Shown piece after piece: positions 27,619 to 36,380 of a stretch of DNA of 64,000 nucleotides (its first letter is position 1; every line of letters starts with the position of its first letter). Below the pieces are notes generated by a model, which saw only the letters and a program-made list of their open reading frames with translations, did not search any database and had not been told where the DNA came from. Source of the stretch: a virus; the IMG/VR virus record IMGVR_UViG_2846430886_000002, positions 4,988 to 68,987 of that record. One strand, given 5' to 3'. Position numbers and translations under genes: made by a program.

Positions 27619-28308
27619 ATGCCTGTACAGCCAAGACTACTTATTCTTGCCGGACCCAATGGTTCCGGCAAATCCACATTAACCAAGGCATTGGCTAAAC
27701 ATGAATGGGGGAAAGGCTGCCGCTCCATCAATGCGGATGAAATGGCCCAGGAGCTTGGCAGTTGGAATGATCCCGAATGCGTCAAACAGGCCCAGAGTAA
27801 AACAGTCGATACGCTCAATAAAGCGATTGAGGATGGAGAGGATATTATTTATGAAACCGTCTTTTCTCATCCTTCCAAGATAGAGCTGATCTGGAAGGCA
27901 AAACAGAAAGGATACTTCATCCGATTTTTCTTCGTGGGAACCCGTTCCCCGTTGATCAACTGTAAACGGGTTCTTAAAAGGGTGGCTTCAAAAGGACACA
28001 AAGTCCCCAGAGAAAAAATTCTTGGACGCTACACCCGTTCCTACGTTAACAGCGTCATGGCAATGAGGCTGGCCGACAGGGGGTATCTTTACGACAACTC
28101 GGAGGAAAAGACGCCAGACTGCAAATGCCCTCTCAAGTTGTTGCTTCGGACGGAGAAAGGCGGCGTTAAAAAGGAACACGGGAAAGAGAATTGGAATCCC
28201 ATCTACAGTTATTTTCTGGGGACGTTTTGTGAGAACCAGGTTTACTGTTGGAATAGGTTTCCTCTTTCAATTTTACCAAGAGGGACACAGGGAAACATGC
28301 CTCAATAG
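27619..28308 (+). CDS. Zeta-toxin-like P-loop kinase/ATPase
   Basis: LAGPNGSGKST Walker A, INADE, ETVFSHPSK, RVASKGHKVPREKI, YLYDNS. Confidence 0.85.
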   Translation: MPVQPRLLILAGPNGSGKSTLTKALAKHEWGKGCRSINADEMAQELGSWNDPECVKQAQSKTVDTLNKAIEDGEDIIYETVFSHPSKIELIWKAKQKGYFIRFFFVGTRSPLINCKRVLKRVASKGHKVPREKILGRYTRSYVNSVMAMRLADRGYLYDNSEEKTPDCKCPLKLLLRTEKGGVKKEHGKENWNPIYSYFLGTFCENQVYCWNRFPLSILPRGTQGNMPQ

Positions 28309-28412
28309 AATGTGTTTTTGCGGATTTCCTGCAAAACGTCCTGGCTTTTTTACGGATTTATGTTCATTCTATTAATGAGCTATTTCTGTTATCCCTCCCA
28401 CTCTTACGCATC

Positions 28413-28847
28413 ATGCCCACTCTTCCGGACGAACAATCATTTGATGAATTATTTGACGAGATGCTGTCTGATGAGAGTTTATTTGACCATAAAGTTTTTG
28501 ATGACGAATTCTGGAATACCATGTGGGAGGCATCCCTTCTGACTCCCGGAGTGCCCGGCGTTCTGGAAATCTCTCTGGATGAAGACACCATAGCCGAAGT
28601 GCGGGCAAAATGGCTGGAAACCGTCCATTCTCTGGGCGATATAGCCGCATGGCTGGTGGATGACCATGAAGAATTTGCCCCCTCTGATGAGTTTCTGAGC
28701 CGCATCGACAAGGATTGCATGAAGGATTTCCTTCAGGCCACAGAGGAAGAGTTCAAAGGGGCTGGCATTCCCGAACCTCCCGGCGGCAGGCACCCGTTCC
28801 ATGACCGGCTGGAGGAACTGAAGGAGAGAGTGGAGAGGCTGAAATAG
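28413..28847 (+). CDS. Highly acidic hypothetical protein
   Basis: 144-aa D/E-rich ORF. A degraded paralog lies at 33316..33614. Confidence 0.65.
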   Translation: MPTLPDEQSFDELFDEMLSDESLFDHKVFDDEFWNTMWEASLLTPGVPGVLEISLDEDTIAEVRAKWLETVHSLGDIAAWLVDDHEEFAPSDEFLSRIDKDCMKDFLQATEEEFKGAGIPEPPGGRHPFHDRLEELKERVERLK

Positions 28848-28861
28848 GCGAAGCACCTCTC

Positions 28862-29369
28862 CTAATGTGTGAAAGGCTTTTCTCCGTTCCGGCTATCTCT
28901 GTCTTCTTTATCCAGCCGATAGTAATAGATACGATTAGGGAGATCATACAGAAACTGATGGCTGACATGGGTTTTGTCTTTGTCTGCCATCAAGGTAATT
29001 TCAAATCCTTGGGAAGAAAAACGGATATTCTTTTCATCCCAGTACCCATAACGGGAAAAAACTTCGTAAACGCCTATTTCCTTGAAACTGTCTTTCTCGC
29101 GCCGGAAGGCCTTGAAGATATAAAGGTTGAAATTGGCTCCCCTGGGAGTATGCCACACCAAGGCTATCATATGGTCCGCCTGCCAGATTATCCTGCTATC
29201 GGTATTTTCCTTGAACCTGGCATCTATGAACGCCATCTCCTTCTTGTGCAAATGCAGGGCCGAGGGATCAAGAGGGGGATGGTCAATCAAGGGGGGAGAC
29301 GGGCTTGATTTCGCAAAAAGGAGAAACCGTGCAGCAATAGAGAAGAAACATTTTAAGGGAGGTCTTCAT
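28862..29369 (-). pseudogene. Immunity-like exported protein 2, apparently frameshifted near its 5' end
   Basis: Paralog of 29366..29911 (LY.FK...Y.V.SR.G...HQF.Y..P). The ATG at 29369 overlaps the upstream stop but is one base out of frame. A C6 run at 29291-29296 is the likely slip site. Confidence 0.55.
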
Positions 29370-29911
29370 TCTTTTTTTGAAAAAGGTTTCCCCTCATAAT
29401 TCCAACAATCATAAGGAACACTGTATTTGAACTGGTGTTCATGCTTTCCTTCTCCATCGGTCAAAATCACTTGGAGGCCATCAGGAAGAAAAGTTATATG
29501 TTTTTCAATAGCTGAAAGATTGTCCGGAGTGCCCAATTCCCCGAACCGGCTTGTGACGGAATACTCGGCTATATGTTCATAGGAGCCATCCTCCTGCTGC
29601 TTGAAAACATATAAATACCATGTAGCGGCTCCAGTCGCCACATGTCTGTGCATAACAAGATATTGATTATCTGCACTTTTAATAACAGGATAAGGCATAT
29701 CATTTTTAATGTCGGCCCACTTGTCCTTAATTTCCCAAAACCGGGAATTCCGCGCCATGTCCAGTTTATCCTTGAGACTAATGCCGGGTTGTTTCATTCT
29801 GGCGCAAAAATCAGCATAAGTTACGGCCTGCCCCTGTTCATCTCCATGGACAATACAACATCCACAGAAAACAAACAGAAACAGGCCGATACCAATACTG
29901 GATTTATTCAT
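29366..29911 (-). CDS. Exported protein, putative immunity protein 1 for the PA14-SleB effector
   Basis: Signal-peptide-like N-terminus (MNKSSIGIGLFLFVFCGC), directly downstream of the hydrolase, with a tandem paralog. Confidence 0.65.
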   Translation of the reverse strand: MNKSSIGIGLFLFVFCGCCIVHGDEQGQAVTYADFCARMKQPGISLKDKLDMARNSRFWEIKDKWADIKNDMPYPVIKSADNQYLVMHRHVATGAATWYLYVFKQQEDGSYEHIAEYSVTSRFGELGTPDNLSAIEKHITFLPDGLQVILTDGEGKHEHQFKYSVPYDCWNYEGKPFSKKE

Positions 29912-29953
29912 ACTCTTTATGCTATATTAAACATAAAGAGCTGTCAACATCCG

Positions 29954-31069
29954 TTAATGTACGTCAGATTCCTTGGGCATTTCTTCCCATCCTTCGGGTT
30001 TGGAGCACGAAGAAAAATCATGAGCGATCTTATAATCGTTGGCACCAATCGTTACCCATTCCTTGGGATCATGGGCGGAACTCTTCGTTCTAAAGGCATC
30101 GTAATCCACTGTAGGACCGCCTGCCAATACGGCCAGAAGAGCCTCCAGAGCCTCATCCAGGCACTCGCATTCAGCCTTGATAAGCTCTTCGTATTTCTTG
30201 CCTTCCGTATTCAGATACTTGGGACGCTTCAAACCATCGAACTGGGTCGGGTCCAGAGATTCTGCGACTGTTTTAACTGCCGAGTGATTAGCTCTAGCCG
30301 GGTTCCGGCCATGTCCCCACCGATTCATAAAGACGGATGCAACTGCGCTATAATCCGCTTTATCATGGGCTTTCCCTTCGGCGTAAATGACTCTGGCAAC
30401 CTGATTAACTTCCTGTGCTGTCAGGGACTCAATTTTGCCGTTTGCTTTTTTACAGGTAACGTATTTGTTTTGTGCTGTATCGAACTGACGGCTTGTTTCA
30501 TACCATTCAATGGGAGTGCCAAGAGCCACTGGTTTTGTCGGCCAGTCAATGCGGCATCCTTTGCCCAGCTTCAGGAGCTTCATAGGAGTACCTGAAGCAA
30601 GTTCGGACTTGGTGGTATCGTATTGCACATACTTGCCTGCCGGGGGCATTTCCGTCGTGCTCATGATGGCAATGCAGCCCTCATAGGACTTGGCTTCCGG
30701 CGTGTAGGCCTTATTATTGTAGGTTAATTCGCAATAATAGAACCCGCGTTCCAGCTCGGACTGGGCCGTCTGGGTAGTGAGGGAACCGCCTCCGGTCGTG
30801 ATGTCCACTTTGGCATGGGGAATTTTGAGGGTCAGCACGTCGTCTCCGTCAATACGGAAATAGTGCGTTCCCGGCTTGTCCACCTTGATATAGCCTTTCC
30901 AGGTTTCGTTACGGTCATTGACGTTCTGCTTGATGGGAATCAGCACGGGATCGGTCTCAATGGGCTTGCCCGCTTCATCTTCATGGATGAAATAACCGGG
31001 TTCCGGCTTGTTTTTCTTCTCTTTCATTTTAATGAAAGGAACGGTAATGGATTCTACTGTGGTTGCCAT
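29954..31069 (-). CDS. PA14-like domain + SleB/Hydrolase_2 cell-wall hydrolase (putative toxin)
   Basis: N-terminal WKGYIKVDKPGTHYFRIDGDD...GFYYCE. C-terminal VARVIYAEG...AVASVFMNR...PTQF...IGANDY. Confidence 0.8.
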   Translation of the reverse strand: MATTVESITVPFIKMKEKKNKPEPGYFIHEDEAGKPIETDPVLIPIKQNVNDRNETWKGYIKVDKPGTHYFRIDGDDVLTLKIPHAKVDITTGGGSLTTQTAQSELERGFYYCELTYNNKAYTPEAKSYEGCIAIMSTTEMPPAGKYVQYDTTKSELASGTPMKLLKLGKGCRIDWPTKPVALGTPIEWYETSRQFDTAQNKYVTCKKANGKIESLTAQEVNQVARVIYAEGKAHDKADYSAVASVFMNRWGHGRNPARANHSAVKTVAESLDPTQFDGLKRPKYLNTEGKKYEELIKAECECLDEALEALLAVLAGGPTVDYDAFRTKSSAHDPKEWVTIGANDYKIAHDFSSCSKPEGWEEMPKESDVH

Positions 31070-31180
31070 AATATGAGTTTATTCTATGGTTTGGTTCGTA
31101 ACATCGGGCGTCTTTCCCATCCCACGACGGAATGCGGAATGCCCTGTTACGGGTCTACTCTCCCTCCACTTTGTAAAAAT

Positions 31181-31215
31181 GGGAACGTCTCATGGTATGA
31201 ATTCATACTATGAGA
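31181..31215. promoter_or_regulatory. Head-to-head double motif forming a 28-bp near-perfect palindrome
   Basis: TCTCATGGTATGAA|TTCATACTATGAGA (31188-31215, one mismatch) between divergent genes. Confidence 0.75.
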
Positions 31216-31219
31216 GAGT

Positions 31220-31230
31220 GGGGGGGGGGG
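31220..31230 (+). repeat. G11 homopolymer
   Basis: Eleven consecutive G directly after the palindrome and upstream of the KAP NTPase. Confidence 0.85.
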
Positions 31231-31290
31231 AAGACTTTCCTTTTAAAGTCCGATATTGCCACCAGTTCGCCTTGGAGATATATTGGAGCA

Positions 31291-33288
31291 ATGCCGAGTC
31301 AGAACGAGTTTCCCAACAATGATCACATTATCAATTTTCTGGATTATTACACCGGACTGACCTCCCCTCCCCACTACGCCGTGTTACTGACGGGGGACTG
31401 GGGAATAGGGAAAACCTTTTTCATCCTCGACTACATGAAGAGGGTGGAAGAGAGGAATGCCGGAAAAAAGAGAACAGAGGATGAAGCACGAAAAAATGAT
31501 TCAAGGGCTATTATCAAGGTCAGTCTGAACGGCGTTCAGTCAAAGGACGAAATCGACAATATGATTATCAGGGCATTTCATCCATCCCTTGCCAAGAAAG
31601 GGACAGGCATTATGGGGAAAGTTATTACCTCTACGGCAAGTATTTTTAATGCCGATCTTAGCAACTTTCAAGTTAGCGACTTTCTGAATGTGTACCGCAA
31701 GGAAACTATTTATGTATTTGATGATTTGGAACGATGCGGTATGCCCATAGAATCAATACTCGGCTATATCAATACCTTTGTAGAGGATGTAGGATGCAAG
31801 GTTATCATTATCGGCAATGAAGAAGAAATAGTTGGCAAGAAAAAAACATCATTAGAAAACGGAGGGGATAAAACCGACGAGGTACAGAAAACCGACGACA
31901 TCACCAATGCTCAAGAAGATAAAATCTATAAGGATATTAAAGAGAAGGTCATTGGTCATACTCTGAAGATGAAGTCGGAAACGGAAAGAGCATTAGATCA
32001 TTTTTTAAATCAACTTCCACAATGCCCAGCAAAGGTATACATAGAATCACAAAAAGAACATATTATTGAGATATATCGAATATCAAAATTAAATAATCTG
32101 CGTATTTTGAAGCAGGCTATCAATAATTTTCAAAGATTGTATGACCATATTAAAGAAAAATATCGTGAAAATGAAAAATTCATGGAGGATTTGACTGCGC
32201 TGTTTTTTCCTCTTTATCTTGAGATTAAGTTAGGGAATATAAAATGCTCTGATTTAGAAAAAATTAAAGTTGATTATTATGCCAATCTTATTGTTAAGGA
32301 ATCAAAAGAAAAATCAAAAGAATTTAATATTCTTAAAAAATACTCAAATCTTTTTAATAAAATATTATTAAAAAGAATATTTTCTTATGAAACATTATCT
32401 CATATTCTGGAAGATGGTTTTATTTCTGAAAATAAAATTACCGAAGAGCTAGAATCAAGTTCCTATTTCCACACCTTGGAAGCATGGGAAAAGCTAAAAA
32501 ATTGGGAGGAAATAGAACCGGAAAAATGGAATTCACTCCTGAAACAATTTGAAGAAGATTTTAATAAAAGAAAGCACAAAGACGTAGAAGATATATTACA
32601 CATATTTGGTCTGAAAATATATTTTTCAAAAATTAAAGTTATTGAGGATAGTCTCGATGAAGTAAAGAAAGCTTGCGCAGCGTACATTGAAGAGGTCTTT
32701 TTTGAATTTACAGAACTCATTACAGATTATCATACCTTAACGGATTCACGTGATGGCCGATTTTACGAATCGTCATCTAAAGAATGGAAAGAATTGAAGA
32801 AAAATCTAATTAGTAAATGGTCAAAAAAGGCAACCGAAGAGTTTAAAAAATCAATCAAAGAAAAACTGCTTTCATCCGAAGGTCTTACTCAAAAACAAAT
32901 TGAAAAATTGAAGTCCGAACAATTCAAAGATATTGCCCTTCTTGATTTGTTTGGTGTTAATGAGATTTGTCAATTCCTGATAAACCATCCTTATTCAGAG
33001 TGTTTGGCTATCTTTTATACCATTGAGGACAAAAATCATTCCAGTGATTTATCAACGAAAGAAAAAGAATTGAAAAACGTCAATAAAATAAAAGAGCACT
33101 TGATGCAAATTGAGAAAAATTTAAACATAAAAGAAGTGAAGAATAGATTCAAAAAAGAAAAAATAAAATACTGTATAAAGTATATTGATGAAAAAATTAT
33201 TCCCGTCTTATCCGGCAAGAAGGTAAAGCCTGAAAAGTCTGTCCGAATTCTCTCCGAAGAGCCTTGCCAAACGGGGAATCCGGTCTAA
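31291..33288 (+). CDS. KAP-family P-loop NTPase (candidate anti-phage protein)
   Basis: YAVLLTGDWGIGKT Walker A, VFDDLERC Walker B, KEKVIG, NLRILK. AT-rich. An in-frame upstream ATG exists at 31210. Confidence 0.85.
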   Translation: MPSQNEFPNNDHIINFLDYYTGLTSPPHYAVLLTGDWGIGKTFFILDYMKRVEERNAGKKRTEDEARKNDSRAIIKVSLNGVQSKDEIDNMIIRAFHPSLAKKGTGIMGKVITSTASIFNADLSNFQVSDFLNVYRKETIYVFDDLERCGMPIESILGYINTFVEDVGCKVIIIGNEEEIVGKKKTSLENGGDKTDEVQKTDDITNAQEDKIYKDIKEKVIGHTLKMKSETERALDHFLNQLPQCPAKVYIESQKEHIIEIYRISKLNNLRILKQAINNFQRLYDHIKEKYRENEKFMEDLTALFFPLYLEIKLGNIKCSDLEKIKVDYYANLIVKESKEKSKEFNILKKYSNLFNKILLKRIFSYETLSHILEDGFISENKITEELESSSYFHTLEAWEKLKNWEEIEPEKWNSLLKQFEEDFNKRKHKDVEDILHIFGLKIYFSKIKVIEDSLDEVKKACAAYIEEVFFEFTELITDYHTLTDSRDGRFYESSSKEWKELKKNLISKWSKKATEEFKKSIKEKLLSSEGLTQKQIEKLKSEQFKDIALLDLFGVNEICQFLINHPYSECLAIFYTIEDKNHSSDLSTKEKELKNVNKIKEHLMQIEKNLNIKEVKNRFKKEKIKYCIKYIDEKIIPVLSGKKVKPEKSVRILSEEPCQTGNPV

Positions 33289-33315
33289 ACTGAAAAGGTA
33301 TTTTATCGTTTTTCT

Positions 33316-33614
33316 ATGATGTCCTTTTCTGATGACTTTGATAATGGCTGGCCAGAACTGGAAGAACTGGAAGCGGCAATGCGCGACATGGAAACTCTGG
33401 ACAGGGCTTTTTCCTGGCTTGGTGTACGGGCAGGCGCAGAATAAACCGGATGACGAGCAACTGCGCTCTCTGGACAGGGGGGGATCTGCGGCGCTTTTTA
33501 CAGACGACCCCCTCTTCCTTTGAAGATGCGGAGTTCCCGGTACAGCGCGGCATTACAGACCGGTTTCCCGTGCGGCTGGAAGAGCTGCGGAAGCGTGTGG
33601 ACGCGCTGGGGTGA
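33316..33614 (+). pseudogene. Doubly frameshifted paralog of 28413..28847
   Basis: Joining three frames gives ..ETLDRAFSW/LVYGQAQNKPDDEQLRSLDRG/DLRRFLQTT...RLEELRKRVDALG, matching ..SLGDIAAWLV...PSDEFLSRIDKDCMKDFLQAT...RLEELKERVERLK. Confidence 0.65.
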
Positions 33615-33783
33615 GGACTTTGTCTGAATTCGGATTTTTTCTTTTCCAATCGGATCAGGTATGAAGATGGTACTCGATCAATAAATTAGATTCATTTTGC
33701 TAAACTATAAAAATATCCTTTTCGTCAGAAAAATGCTTGTTTTTACATTTAAGGGAATTATTTTAGTAAAAAATAAGAATTTC

Positions 33784-34332
33784 ATGATTATTCCAATTTT
33801 GAAAAATACGGTCTTATACTCCGGCATTGTTTTATTAGGTTCATGTGCCGATCTAGGAAAATCACTCCAGGCAATGGGGAACAGTATGCAACAAGCTGGC
33901 AACAATATGAATAGAACAGCGGCAGCAACACCAACAGCACTCTCCACCCCCACAACTGTGCCCTCCACTCTCCCCACGACACCCGACTCTTTTAATACAA
34001 GTAATGCTGCGGCAATGGGAAACTTCATTGCACAGAATCCTGAAATGGGAGGAATGATGCTGGACCAGGCAATCGCCCAGCAGAGAGAGGAAATCACAAG
34101 ACTACAGAAGAAAAATGCCGAGGATAAAATGGCCCTCATCAAGTCCGTCAGTCCTACTCAAGAGGAATGGGATAACATGACCCCTCAAGAACAAGCAGAC
34201 ATGCAACAAAGGCAGATAGCCGTGAAGATGCTAATGAATATGAACAGTCAGTCCCAGCAGATAGATGAGCAATCACGACAAATCAAAAATGAGAATTTCA
34301 ATCGCTGGCATGAAGCTACGTTCAGCAAGTAG
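33784..34332 (+). CDS. Lipoprotein, Gln/Met-rich
   Basis: Signal peptide with lipobox LLGSC, then a Thr/Pro linker and a helical domain. Confidence 0.7.
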   Translation: MIIPILKNTVLYSGIVLLGSCADLGKSLQAMGNSMQQAGNNMNRTAAATPTALSTPTTVPSTLPTTPDSFNTSNAAAMGNFIAQNPEMGGMMLDQAIAQQREEITRLQKKNAEDKMALIKSVSPTQEEWDNMTPQEQADMQQRQIAVKMLMNMNSQSQQIDEQSRQIKNENFNRWHEATFSK

Positions 34333-34469
34333 ACCGCACTCCTTCTTCTCTTAAATCAACGAGGCCGTTCTTTTTCATTTGGGGAGGCCAGAGGCGGGGC
34401 GAGGGCAAAAGAACGTGATTAGGGCCATTAGCGTCTTTCCCCCGTCCTCTTTTCCTGATACGGTGGGGA

Positions 34470-35117
34470 ATGATGTACAGAATTCTCATCGTCAGTCTGC
34501 CCGGCTCTCCGAAACGGGAGGTCATGGCCGGGCGTCTCTCTGCCCAGCACCTCTCCTGGGACTGGGTGGACGGGGTGCGCATAGCGTCCATGGATGACAT
34601 ACCCTGGGAGGAACGCAACGAGCTGGAGGCCTACTGTGTGCCCCGGCTGAAAGAGGCCCCGGAGTATGTGTGCCGGGCCACCGGCTGCAAGCGGGCCATG
34701 CTCCGTGCCGTAGACAAGGCGGCCACCTGTGCGGAGGACTGGGTACTGATCCTACAGGATGACGCGGTACTGGCAGCGGACTTTGACAGCAAGCTAAGTG
34801 AACTGCTGGGGCGTGTACCCTATGAAGCGGGGTGCGTGATGCTGCACCGCGCAGGGGGCGGGGTGAAGGAGGTGGACGGCTGGACGCAGGTAACGGGTGA
34901 TGTGCGCAGCATGACGGCCTTTGTCCTGCGGCCCTCATTCGCCCTGGTGATGTCCGAGGCCCTGCGGAACTGGGGCGGTGAGGAGGACCGTATCTGGGTA
35001 AGGCTGGCCCGGCAGGGAGAAGTGATCCTCTCTCCGTCTCCCCAGCTCGTCTCATGCACCCAGCAGGGAAGCGACATCATAGGCGGTATCCCGGAACTGC
35101 GGGGATACTGGAAGTAG
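34470..35117 (+). CDS. Glycosyltransferase family 25-like
   Basis: ILIVSL....RE.M...L....VDG, GC..AM, VLILQDDA. Confidence 0.8.
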   Translation: MMYRILIVSLPGSPKREVMAGRLSAQHLSWDWVDGVRIASMDDIPWEERNELEAYCVPRLKEAPEYVCRATGCKRAMLRAVDKAATCAEDWVLILQDDAVLAADFDSKLSELLGRVPYEAGCVMLHRAGGGVKEVDGWTQVTGDVRSMTAFVLRPSFALVMSEALRNWGGEEDRIWVRLARQGEVILSPSPQLVSCTQQGSDIIGGIPELRGYWK

Positions 35118-35235
35118 TACCGACGCAGCACCGGCAAAGGCGCAGGCGCGGACAGACGCGCCCTCCCTGCTCTGAAAAACATCTTGCCATTTCCTGTATA
35201 TTCCCGGACTATCCTTCCCATCCAATCCGCAAGGT

Positions 35236-35706
35236 ATGCTCTCTACTTTCAATCACTACACGATCACTACAGGCAATAATGCCCTACGGCCCCTTAGCGC
35301 AGGAAACCCGGAAATAGTGAAGAGGATACAGAACAGCATCAGATACAACCTGGGAGACACGGAACCCTGCGCCCTATTCCCCGGACTGGACCCGGATACC
35401 CGCTTCCTGATGAAGGAACTCCCCGGAGGCAACCTGCAATGCCTGGTGTACTACAAGGAGAATCTGCAACTGGGCTTTCTGATAGCCCGCAGGGACGGGA
35501 AAGAACTGCACGATCAGCTTATCAATCTGATGAAGGAAACGGGCGTGGCCCCAAACAAGAGCCGCCTCACCAAAATACCCCCGGCCCCTCTCTGTGCCGT
35601 CGCCCTCTCTCCGAAGGCTGTATACTGCCCCAGCCTGTCATGGATGGCGGACTTTGAACGGTGCGCGGCTGTCGCCTGGCTCCGCGAGGGAGAGGCCGCG
35701 CAGTAA
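35236..35706 (+). CDS. Hypothetical phage protein
   Basis: 156-aa ORF with NHYTITTG and PPAPLCAVAL...WMADFERCAAVAWL. Confidence 0.6.
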   Translation: MLSTFNHYTITTGNNALRPLSAGNPEIVKRIQNSIRYNLGDTEPCALFPGLDPDTRFLMKELPGGNLQCLVYYKENLQLGFLIARRDGKELHDQLINLMKETGVAPNKSRLTKIPPAPLCAVALSPKAVYCPSLSWMADFERCAAVAWLREGEAAQ

Positions 35707-35714
35707 ATATCCTA

Positions 35715-36380
35715 TTACGGGTCAATGAAATCATAATAACGATTTTCAGTCCAAACCGCTGCCTCACTATAGTGCTTGTGGAACCATTGAATTATCGGAG
35801 AAGAGTATTTAGGCTGTTGTTGTTTTATGTTACTCATTTTCCCGTCAATGATATTTTTATTTTCCCGTATGAAATCATCCAGCCTTTTTGATAGTTCTCT
35901 GTTTTTGAAACTGGCTGTTGGATATTCTTCGATATTTGTATAATAAAACTTTCTGTCGCTATTGACAATTTTGTCTAAGTCAAAGGAGTTTTTTTCAATA
36001 TTTCCACGATCAATAATAGTGAGGATATAAGGTTCGTTTTGTATAGTGATGATGAGATAGTAGTAAATTATAACCTGTCCTGAACCTAAACTGAAGGGAT
36101 TGTCGCAAAAATTGCTAAGCTCAAAATCTTCCATTATGGTTTTGAGTTCATTCCTTGTCTTTTCATCTAAACTTATTCCTTTGTAACGGGCGTCATCATT
36201 CCTATTGTCTCTGTCAATGTTATAAGTTACCAGTTCAGCGAAATCATAATAATTCACTTCTGTTTTATTTCCCCAAGACAACGCAAAGGATAAAATTACT
36301 CCAATGGCTGTGACATAAATAACTGCATATAAAGAGCGAAATTTCATGTAATCGACTTCCTCATCACAATTCCACGCCAC
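35715..36380 (-). CDS. Putative Rhs immunity protein (N-terminal TM helix)
   Basis: AT-rich gene overlapping the Rhs stop. Hydrophobic segment LYAVIYVTAIGVILSFALSW. Confidence 0.7.
   Translation of the reverse strand: MAWNCDEEVDYMKFRSLYAVIYVTAIGVILSFALSWGNKTEVNYYDFAELVTYNIDRDNRNDDARYKGISLDEKTRNELKTIMEDFELSNFCDNPFSLGSGQVIIYYYLIITIQNEPYILTIIDRGNIEKNSFDLDKIVNSDRKFYYTNIEEYPTASFKNRELSKRLDDFIRENKNIIDGKMSNIKQQQPKYSSPIIQWFHKHYSEAAVWTENRYYDFIDP

Noticed and set aside
29954..31069. SleB-type hydrolase as the phage endolysin or tail lysin
   Set aside because: A GH108-like endolysin already sits in the lysis module. This gene is in the accessory island, on the opposite strand, with tandem exported partners.
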